Source: Acanthaster planci
Taxonomy: Eukaryota
Length of the DNA: 64,000 nt
Reading direction: 5' to 3'
Assembly: GCF_001949145.1 (NCBI RefSeq)
Contig: NW_019091355.1
Coordinates: 2,379,107-2,443,106 of the forward strand
The notes under the pieces are model-generated. The model was not told the origin of the DNA. It ran no database searches and saw only the letters and a list, made by a program, of their open reading frames with translations. A program made the position numbers and the translations under genes. Of this stretch, positions 51,539-62,325 are shown piece by piece (positions within the stretch are counted from its first letter, which is position 1; each line of letters starts with the position of its first letter).

Positions 51539-52932
51539 ATAAGTTTGACTTTCACACAGTGGAATAAACTTTATATGTGAAGATAATGCTACTGTTTTTG
51601 AAACATAATTCACAGCTGCAGAAAAATTTACGGAAAACCGAATAAATTATAAAGTAGTGGTATTCAAGACAATAGGCTATAGGAAAAATTACTGCATCAT
51701 AGTACAAATAATTTTGTTTTAAATGATGTTATTCCGTGACATGGTGGTCTTCATAATTTTGAGAAATGAGAATGTACACGTATGTAATAAGTGAATTGGT
51801 CGTTGCTTCCTTTGTTATGAAACGGAATATGTCAAATAGCATTACAAAAGAATTCACCCTGATTTCTCAATTTATAAAAGGGTGAAAGGCAAGTGAACTT
51901 TCAAATTCGCTGAATTCTACACATAACTTTACCTCTTGCAAAATTGGGAACACTCTCAATGGCAGGCACTTCGCACAGAAGGAGCGTTTGGAGCCACTTG
52001 TTTTCAGTGTCACCCAGGAATTGCCAAAATTCTTGATGAAATGGGAGACAAGCCATTTGCTCCCAAATGGACGATTGGCCGGATAGTGTTCAATGTCTTG
52101 GCTACCATGTGCTTTGGCAAAACGTGAGTAAATGTATTTCTGGTAATTTACAGCGTCAACAGCATAAACAGAGATCATACAATGTCATAACAGTCATATG
52201 TTACTGTCATGTGACCATAAGCACAGCCATCAACAAATGCTCATTTTTATTCTGTACATTGTGAAGTTGCTACCAACTTTAAGGTTTAATTCTGAATCAC
52301 ATCTTGGCGTTGATCAGGTACGAATTCAACGATCCAGACTTACTGAACTGGATTGATCTCAACACTGAAATCACCGAAGCTTTTGGTAGTGGTCTACCTG
52401 GGGATTTCATGACCATTTTCCAGTACATCCCAACTCCTGGTGATACAAAGCTCAGACGTCTCCTGAAGCGCTTAAAGCAAATGTACCAAGAGGAGCTTCA
52501 GAGACACCGTCAAACCTTTGACCCCGGTAAAAGTTCACCAGATCGAAGAAAACAGGCTTGCAGTTAGCTTGTAAATGAGTTTCTCGTTTCATTTCTTGAG
52601 TCTGGTTTTATTTTAAACACTGGATTGTTACATTGTGTTGTTCTTCATATATACTATGATCTTTGTACAAACATCCTGGTCAGCTGTCAAAATGTTGTTT
52701 TCATCGAAGAAAATTACTATCCAGGCTTTGAGTTTGTCTATTTTTTACCTCAAATAGAAATGATCTCAGACACCATGTCCCACTTGCCGGCCGTACACAT
52801 TTTAATTGGTAGCATGCTCAACATTTGTGCACCTTGGTTCTCTTGGATATTCTGCAGCATATGCACAATTACTGGTAACATTCATTTTATGTGCCAGGAC
52901 CTATTGTACAAAATGGGTTTATGTGAATGCAT

Positions 52933-53201
52933 AGTCAGGTTGGCAGTGATTCTTTCCTCGCCTTCCACTTCTGCGGTACGGGTTCGATTCCCAGCTCCGT
53001 CAACATATGGATTGGGTTTTCAGTCCCTATCTGTTCATGATTCCGTGGGTTTTACCCGTATTCCTCTTGGGTTTCCTCCCACCACTAAAACTGGACCTGC
53101 TTCTCATTTTCTCTACAGGTTTCTTCAGGCTTGCAAGCTACAGTGCCCAAGGCACTTTTGAGGAATCCTTGGTGTCATTACCAGAAATAAATAATAATAA
53201 T
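52933..53201 (+). mobile_element. tRNA-derived SINE in P450-5 intron 5
   Basis: B box GGTTCGATTCCC, GGGTTTCCTCCCACC central motif and (AAT)n tail. Head is related to the 19550 SINE. Confidence 0.7.
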
Positions 53202-56200
53202 TTGTGTTGCCGGCAGAGTAGAGTTTATGTGAATGTTAAGGTTACATGCACTTGTCAAGTAAAGAAGCTGGTTACATGTGCTGTCTTCTCTCTATGTTTT
53301 AAACGTCATCTTATGGATATTGTGTGTGTAAGCAAACCACACATTTTTCATCTGTAGAAAACATCCGTGACTTTGTGGACTCCTTACTGCTGACCCAGAA
53401 GGAGAACATTGAAGCCGGAGAGGAGGGAGCCGACCGTCTGACAGACACGCACCTGGTCCAGACGGTGATGGACATTTTTGGAGGTACATGGTTAAATCCA
53501 TAAAGAGCCAGGTTTTTTATTACAACCCCCCCTTCCTCTTCAAGATCTCAGCCTCTACACTCATTTTGAATCTTAGAATGGTTGTAAAGGCAACCATCAT
53601 GAGTGTGTATGTGAAGTTGCAGTTCAACCTAGTGTAAAGTTTATGTTGTTAGAGTCTTTCATAATTCACTCCGTCACACAATTTTTGGCTGACCTGTTAT
53701 TGTAATGTTGACATTTCATGACAGTGATGAAAATAGTATGTTCAATGTTTCATAAATCTAGCGTTGAAATGACTATAAGGCATCATTGAAAAAACGCCTA
53801 GAGTCTCTGCATGTTGAAAAATAATAAAATTCATTGCAATTAAATCAGAGAGATGGTGACAAGGAGGCAGATTCTAACCTGCTCTCAACTCCCTTGAAAT
53901 AAATCCTGATCCAGCTGTCATTCATCATTTTAATGAGAAATGCAGTTGAGCACATCTTAGGCCTAATCCATCTTTTTCCGTCTCACAGCAGGAACAGGAA
54001 CTACCACAGTCACCCTCCACTGGGCTGTCCTCCTCATGACTGAGTATCCCCAAATCCAGGAAAAGGTTGCCATGGAAATTGATGAGATCATAGGTCATGA
54101 TAGAATGCCCTCACTGACCGACAGGGGTTCTTTGCCGTTCACTGAAGCCACCCTCCTTGAGATTTTCCGGTATGGTACGGTGGCACCAGTGGGCGTTCTG
54201 CATTCTGTGATGGAAGACACAACACTGTGTATGTATTGCCTATCCACTCAATGCATGGAGACCCAAACGACTATCAAGACAACATACTAGGAGAGTGAAT
54301 AACATGGACGTCATATTAAATCCTCAATATGCATGTGGGTCATGTGGCCAGGCCCATTCGACTCCACTGTCATTGCCGTATCCACGACAGGTGTGACAAT
54401 GCCAAATTGTTTTACCAGGAAAAGGCGCTTTTTAATCTCAAATTTCGGTAAATATAATGGAGATGAAGTGCATGAATTAGGATTAGAATATGAAATGGGT
54501 CTTTGGGCAAATGGGGCTGTGGAACACTCTCCCTCCAAGGGATGTGTCCCCTGCCCCCCCCCAAAAAAAAGAAAGCAAAGAAAATGTAGACATACGAAAC
54601 ATTTTGAAAGCAAAACACCAAAAATTCTACACACTTGCCATTCAGATTATGCCATAAAACCCCTCTTCCGTGGTTCATGGTAATGTCGCAAGAAACTCCA
54701 ATTAGAAGTCACTGTTATGTGAACAATAACACAGTAAAGTCAGGAACAATTCCCACCAAGCCACTTGAAAACTCACACTCCTCGCCCATACTACAGTCAA
54801 GTACTTGACCGTTAAAAGCAGGCTGCCGTGATCCTCCTGAAGTCTTTTTCTTCCTCATCCAGGTGGATACAAACTCCCAAAGGATACCACTGTGATGATC
54901 AACCATATGGCTCTTCACTTCAGCCCAGTTGAGTGGGAAGAGCCGGAAAGTTTAAACCAGGTAAGGAGCACAAGAGTAAGTCTTTGCACATGTCTTGCTC
55001 ATATTTTATATCAGAGCAGCAGCACCACACTACATTTTCGTAATCACTTCATTTTTAGCTACTGCAATTCAAGTCTAGTCATGAGTCATTTCCCCACAAG
55101 TCAAGGTCTCGGGTCGATTTTTCTCGAGTCAAGTCGTGTTTTGAGTCTTTTCTTTCCCCAACTTATAGTCACAAAATCATTCGTTCTTCCCTCTCCCCTT
55201 TTTTTTCAAGCCCGTCTGGAGTCATAATGTACATGGTACTTCAGTGTTTTCTCTAATGCCCTTTTTTGGAACCTGTTACATTTTTAAATATTGTCTGATA
55301 CATCTTTTCTTTCAATTTTAGAGCGTTTTCTGAACGAAGACGGTGAGCTCCCTGTCAAGCTCCCAGAGAGCCTCATCCCTTTTGGGATTGGACGCCGTGT
55401 CTGCCTCGGTGAAGACTTTGCTAAGAAGGAAGTCTTTCTGCTCTTCACCTGGCTCTGTAGCCGGTACACTTTCTACAAAGTACCAGGCAAAGAGGAGGAA
55501 ACCGTGCTGAGATTGAACAAGGAAGTGACGCTTGCTTACCAGCTCTATGATGATATCGAGGTCTGCGTTAAAAAACGATTCTAATTCAAATCACCTTGTA
55601 AAAATAGGTACAGTCGTGCCTTCAAACGTTTGAGTGGTTTTCACCGTCTGGAGTCGGATTTTAATTACAAGCCTCGCTGATAGAGTAAATGATAAGTCAT
55701 TAAGTGTGTCGAAAATCCAAGTTGATCCCCGACTGTTGGAGTTCATGCTTTTATGCTTTGGGCTTTCCAGTCAGTTTAGGTGTCGAAGTTGAAAATGTCA
55801 GACACAGAAATTAGAATCGAAGAAATTAGTAAATGCTGGTTGCAAAAGATTGGAAATATAGGCCTACTAGTTGGTTTTTATGCAACAAACGTAATTACCA
55901 ATGAAGAGTACATGTTGTTTTGTTCTTTAAAAAAATTTATATTTGTGTTGGAGTAAAGTGCTTTGAGATAGGGCAGTAAAGTGGTATTTTCAAACCGTAG
56001 AACTCACACAGTACCTGCATATAAAGTATACCAAACAATTCGTGTTACATACATGTACATGTATACAGCCGTACTGACCTTCGTTATATTGAATTTAATA
56101 CCAGCCTCACACTTTATTTTAGTCTACACAGTCTGTCCCAAAAATCTTTTGTTAAACAATGCACTAATTATTGATGCATAATATGTTGAGTTTACAGGAA

Positions 56201-57303
56201 TATATTGTACAGGTATTAATTACCACACAGCACTGAATAATTATGTTTGAATGTGGAAAAATGCATTTTCTGCATTACACGTAAGCAAGGCAAATCCCTT
56301 TATATGTTTACTTTAATCTATTTATGCTGTTGCGTGTATAAAACTCGTACCGTGTCACAATGCAATGTTATACTGGCTAGGATCCGCAGACCATAGATGA
56401 CACAATTGGCGTGCTTGGCGCCAGTGGTGGAAACTTCAATACATGTACACGTACTTGGACCGGGAGCCATATACAAATCACACTCCCCCCCCAGGACTGG
56501 TCATGCTGCTTGTTGACTTCAATTATCAATAATCGCCTTGATTGAATCATGGTTTTCCTTCCTCTACGGTTTAAAACTTTTGACGTCTCGTCCCACCTCG
56601 CGAAGACCGTCAACCTAATCTCCATTTAGGCCTACATGTTGGAAGGCCGTATATGTATGTGACACGGAGTGATGGATTACTCAGCAAGAAAGTCGGGCCG
56701 ATCAAGCGGCTATCAGTTAAATGCAAAGCATCCGACTGACGACAAAATTCACCTTAGAGAGCACAATTTCATTAAGTCACAAAACACAGCAGGCCTACAT
56801 GTTATCACGCATGAAAAATAAGACTTCACTGTCAACGCGTGACACTCAGACTAGGGCACGAGTAACGTTATATTAGGCGAATTTGGCACTCAGGGAAGGA
56901 AGACACACGAAGACAGCCTGAGAACCAGATGACATACCACGCACAGACCCATACATCTCGTCCGTGTTGCTTCCACAACTGTTCCATTTATCCTAGGCTG
57001 TAAAACATGGCAGGAATTTTTCAATCAGCGGCAGAGAACTTTGAAAAATTCTCCCATCACGCGAGGCTCGCATTTTGTCGATCGCGCCATATGCATCGAA
57101 AGCAATACCAGGTGAGAGGTCGGAGGTCGAGTGTTATAGACTGGTGCACCGAAGCTGGAAACTGGACTTATTACAGGTGCGTATACGTACAGTACTCGAG
57201 TCGCCTTGTCGTCAGTTGCGGAAGCATCAACACATATCAAGCGCCACTCGGGTTTGTCTGTGATTACATTCATCTCCAAGCAACGCAGGTGGGAACTGAC
57301 AAA

Positions 57304-60300
57304 ATGCAAGTCAGTGGAGACGTTTACCTGAACGCAGCCACGCTTTTGGTGGGTGTAGGAACCCTGGTTGCCTACGCACTCTACAGAAGCACCAGGCGGC
57401 CCGCAGGCTTCCCACTAGGGCCAACCGCACTACCGCTTGTCGGAAATATTCCTCGTAAGTAAGTTCTTAGTTTTTAAAGCGTCATAGTACATGTAATGAT
57501 TGTAGATTGGATTTGTAAGAAGAGTTCCCAATTTCAGGATTTTCTTGATTTTAAGGACTTTTCAAACAATTTCTTAAAAAATCCGAACACTTTGTAATTA
57601 CAGTATTTATCAGTAATCACTGGATAAGGTATTTTTACGTGAAAGTTGATAGGTACATGTAGCCCTTGGCCAACAACACATGAAATGGGTATTTCAAGGA
57701 GTGCCTTTAAACAGGCACAAACGTAGACCATAGATCTTCTGCTACTCTGGGGCCCTGAAAGTTAAAACCTCTTGTGATTATTTCATTTATATTTCATTTT
57801 CAGCCAGTCTCCTTTCCCCTGATGTACATGTAAGTCATTTGTGAATTTGGGGTCAAACAGGCACATAGTATCCTGACATTATAGGGCAGCGCGACATCTG
57901 GGATTCTTGCAAAATGGCAGGTACCGCGACGGTGAAAACAGCGACCATGGCGACGTACGCACGCACCATCCGTTCGTTGCAGTTATTTTCATTGGAGCGT
58001 TGTGGTTGCTACCTGCAATTTTGTGAAACTCCCAGATGTCCGCGCTGCCCCATACGTCACATGAACACCTACCATAGTAAACCCACCCTGGCTTCCCTAT
58101 TGAAAATGGTCCCATAGAAAAGTGGGACCCACCCCTCGTGCTCGAAAAACAAATTGTAATCTTCAGTTAAATTTCAGTTGTCCTTTTTCCAATTTCCAGA
58201 GTTTTATTTTGCAAAATCCACCCTTCAAGTCTTCAAAGAGCTGTGGCAGAAATACGGAGCAGTGTACTCGTTGAAGTTTGCCAGCACCAATATTGTCGTT
58301 CTGAACACTATTGATGTGGTCAAAGAGGCATTTGTCAAGCAAGCCGCAGTGTTTGCTGGACGTCCTGAGTCATACTCACGTTAGTCAATTGGGGAAAAAT
58401 CTATGGAGACTCCAAGTAGTAGTTTTAAATGTCTTATTCAGTAATCCACCAAAATGCAAAGACATAGAAAAGTTAAATTTGGCACATGTACATATTCTTG
58501 GATGAAAATAAAAACAATGTGGGTAGAATTTGGCAAAATTGTACATTATGCTATACTACATTGCTTACTATTTTAAATGGTGATCTTGAAGAATTGTAGG
58601 CCTAGTTTGATAATGGTTAGTGTTTGGGAGTTATCAAGGTCATTGTTTTGTATTGAACACAGAAGGTGTCAATCCCTCAAGCATTGAATTTTTTCCAATA
58701 TGGAAATTACAATCTAGTTTGAGACTTTATGATATTTTATTTTACGTTTGCTTATGCAACATTGTGTGCTTTATTTCTCTGATTCTAGTTGGATTGTTCA
58801 CCGAAGGATTCAAGGATATTGCCTTCTCGACCTATGGCCCTCAGTGGCGTTACCAACGCAAACTTGGCCACACTGCCATCAGGTATTACTAAGAATTTGT
58901 GAGAAATAAGGTCTCTAAGTCCGTATCTCTATAAGTTTTAATTTTTCAAAGTGGTGTAAACTTTATGTAACATAATTCACAGCTGCAGAAAAATTCACTA
59001 AAGACCGAATAAATAGTGGTATTCAAAACAAAAGCCAAATAAAAAATTACCTCATTATGGTACAAAAGGTTTTTTGAATATTTTATTCCATGACATGGTG
59101 TTGGTTTACATAATTGAGAAATGAGAATGCATGTAATAACAAGTGAATGATTATTCAATTTATAAAAGTGTAAAAGGCAAGTGAACTTTCAAATTTCGGT
59201 GAATTCTACACATAACTACATGTACCTTTTACAAAATTGGGAACACTCTTAATGGCAGGCACTTTGCACAGAAGGAGCGTTTGGAGCAACTTGTTTTCAG
59301 TGTCACCCCAGGAATTGCCAAGACTCTGGATGAAATGGGAGACAAGCCATTCGCTCCCAAATGGACGATTGGCCGGATAGTGTACAATGTCTTGGCTACC
59401 CTGTGCTTTGCCAAAACGTGAGTATAATGTATTTCTGGTAATTTACAACGTCAACAGCATAAACAGAGATCATACAATGTCATAACAGTCATATGTTACT
59501 GTCATGTGACCTTAAGCACAGCCATCAACATATGCTCATTTTTATTCTGTAAATTTTGAAGTTGCTACCAACTTAAGGTTTAAGTCTGAATCTCATCTTG
59601 GCGTTGATCAGGTACGAATTCAACGATCCACACTTACTGAACTGGATTGATCTCAACACTGAAATCACCAAAGCTTTTGGTAGTGGTCTACCTGGGGATT
59701 TCATGACCATTTTCCAGTACATCCCAACTCCTGGTGATACAAAGTTCAGGCGTCTTCTGAAGCGCTTAAGGCAAACGTACCGAGAGGAGTTTCAGAGACA
59801 CCGTCAAACCTTTGACCCAGGTAAAAGTTCACCAGACCACAGGCTTGCAGTTAGCTTGTAAAGGAGTTGCTCCTTTCATTGTTTGAGTCTGGTTTTATTG
59901 TAAACAATGGATTGCTGCGTTTTAGTTTTCGTAGACAATAAATAAGTTATTTATCGTTGTACAAATAACCTGGTCACCTATCAAAATTGCTATCAAGACT
60001 TTGAGTTGGTCTGGTTTTTAACTTAAAAGAGAAATATTTTTAGGTACCAAGTCTCACTTGCAAACTGTAAACCTTTTACACTGTAATTGGTAGTATGTTC
60101 AACATTTGTGCACCTTGGTTCTCTTGGGTATTCTGCAGAATATGCACGGCTACCGGTAACATTCATTTTATGTGCCCCGACCTACGTACCATGTATAGAA
60201 TGGGATTTACATAAATGCATAGTCAGGTTGGTGTAGTGGTTCTTTCCCCACCTTCCACCTCTGCAGTCCGGGTTGGATTCCCCGCTCCATCCACACTGTT

Positions 60301-62325
60301 AGTGGACAGGGTTTTCAGTTCCTACCTGATTCTGTGGGGTTTTTAAGTCCCGTATTCCTCAGGGGTTTTCCTCCCACTACTAAAACTGTGACTGCTTCTC
60401 ATTGTCTCTTCTCTACCAGTTTCGTCAGGCGTGCAAGGAGCTACAGTGCCAAGGGTGCTTTTGAGCAATCTTTGGTGTCATTACCAAAAATAAATAATAC
60501 CAATAATGATTTACGTTGTCAGCAAAGCAGAGTTTATAAATAAATGTTAAGGTTACTTGTCATACAAAGAAGCTGGTTGCATGTGCTGTCTTATATCTTC
60601 ATGTTGAAACATCACCTGATGGATATTCTGTGTGTAGGCAAACCACATTTTTGGTTTCATCTGTAGAAAACATCCGTGACTTTGTGGACTCCTTACTGCT
60701 GACCCAGAAGGAGAATATTGAAGCTGGAGAGGAGGGAGCCGACCGTCTGACAGACACGCACCTGGTCCAGACGGTGTCCGACATTTTTGGAGGTACATGC
60801 TTAAATCCCTAAAAAGCTAGGTGTTTTTTTTCCGACCTCCCTTCCCCTTCAAGATTTCAGCCTGTTCATTTTGAATCTTAGAATGGTTGTAAAGGTAACC
60901 TAGTGTAGAGTTTATATTGTTAGAGTCTTTCACAATTCACTTTGTCGTACAATTTTTGGCTGACCTGCCCTTGTAAAGTTGACATTTCATGACAGTGATA
61001 AGAAGAGTATGAGCACTTTTTGATAAACTGGTGTTGAAATAGCCATAAATGCCTACAGGCTCTGAATTCTACAAAATAATGAAATTCGTTGTGATGATAA
61101 TGATATCAGAGAAGGTGTCAAGGAGGCAGATTCTAACCTGCGCCCAACCCCCTTGAAATAAATCCTGATCCAGCTGTCATTTTAATAAGGAATACCGTTG
61201 AGCATATCTTAATCCATCTTTTTCCGTTTCACAGCGGGAACAGAAACCACCATTCTCACCCTACATTGGGCTGTCCTCCTCATAGCCGAGTATCCCGAAA
61301 TCCAGGAAAAGGTTGCCATGGAAATTGATGAGGTCATAGGTCATGATAGAATGCCCTCACTGACCGACAGGGGCTCTGTGCCATTCACTGAAGCCACCCT
61401 CCTTGAGATTTTCCGGTTTGGTACGGTGGCACCAGTGGGCGTTCTGCATTCTGTGATGGAAGACACAACACTGTGTATGTATTGCCTATCCACTCAATGC
61501 ATGAAGACCCAAACGACTATCCTGACAACATACCAGGTGTGACAATGCAAATTGTTTTACCAGGAAAAGGCACTTTTTATCTCAAATTTCTTCCTCATCC
61601 AGGTGGATACAAACTCCCTAAGGATACCACTGTGATGATCAACCATATGGCTCTTCACTTCAGCCCAGCTGAGTGGGAAGAGCCGGACAAGTTTAAACCA
61701 GGTAAGGAAACACAAGAGTAAGTCTTTGCACATGTCTTGCTCATAATTATTTTACATAAGAGCAGCAGCACCACCACACCACATTGTCACAATCACATCA
61801 TTTTTGTGACTGCAATTCAAGTCTAGTCATGAGTCATTTCCCCACAAGTCAGGTTTCGAGTCGATTTTTCTTGTGTAAAGTCCTGTTTTGAGTCTTTTCG
61901 TTCCCTTACTCAAGTCCCAACATCATTCCTCCCCTTTTTCAAGTCTGTCTGGAGTCATAATTTATTATTATTTACATGGTACTTGTGTGTTTTCTCTAAT
62001 GCCCTTTTTGAACATGTTACATTTTTAAATATTGTCTGATACATCTTTTCTTTCAATTTTAGAACGTTTTCTGAACGAAGACGGCCAGCTCCCTGCCAAG
62101 CTTCCAGAGAGCCTCATCCCTTTTGGGATTGGACGCCGTGTCTGCCTCGGTGAAGACTTTGCTAAGAAGGAAGTCTTTCTGCTTTTCACCTGGCTCTGTA
62201 GCCGGTACACTTTCTACAAAGTACCAGGCAAAGAGGAGGAAACCGTGCTGAGATTGAACAAGGAACTGGCACTTGCTCACCAGCTCTATGATGATATCGA
62301 GGTCTGCGTTAAAAAACGCTTCTAA
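57304..62325 (+). CDS. Cytochrome P450, CYP17A1-like (P450-6), 9 exons, 506 aa
   Basis: Exons 57304-57454, 58200-58379, 58789-58882, 59259-59417, 59612-59820, 60667-60792, 61235-61474, 61603-61701, 62063-62325. Motifs AGTETT, EIFR, PERF, FGIGRRVCLG. Closest to P450-5. Confidence 0.93.
57883..58051. mobile_element. 169-bp MITE, AT TSD
   Basis: TIR AGGGCAGCGCGACATCTGGGA / TCCCAGATGTCCGCGCTGCCCC. Empty site CATTATACGTCA at ~49570-49581 in P450-5. Confidence 0.8.
60221..60510 (+). mobile_element. tRNA-derived SINE in P450-6 intron 5 (same insertion as 52933-53201)
   Basis: A box TGGTGTAGTGG and B-box-like GGTTGGATTCCC. Same flanks and tail as the P450-5 copy. Confidence 0.7.

Larger units (their letters stand above)
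49016..55584 (+). pseudogene. Cytochrome P450, CYP17A1-like (P450-5), frameshifted as assembled (pseudogene or assembly errors)
   Basis: Exons 49016-49166, 49728-49907, 51171-51264, 51966-52123 (158 vs 159 nt), 52318-52526, 53358-53483, 53989-54228, 54863-54960 (98 vs 99 nt), 55322-55584. 1-nt deletions near 52013 and 54947. I helix reads AGTGTT. Confidence 0.75.

Noticed and set aside
52625..53357. 178-aa and 116-aa ORFs in P450-5 intron 5
   Set aside because: They overlap a SINE and are not preserved in the paralogous P450-6 intron.
57007..57303. N-terminal extension of P450-6 from an upstream ATG
   Set aside because: Not conserved in P450-5, and it would displace the signal anchor. The ATG at 57304 aligns with the paralogue starts.
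12787..62280. Many recurring minus-strand ORFs (e.g. ...[17 protein letters not shown]...)
   Set aside because: They are antisense translations of P450 exons and recur only because the exons do.
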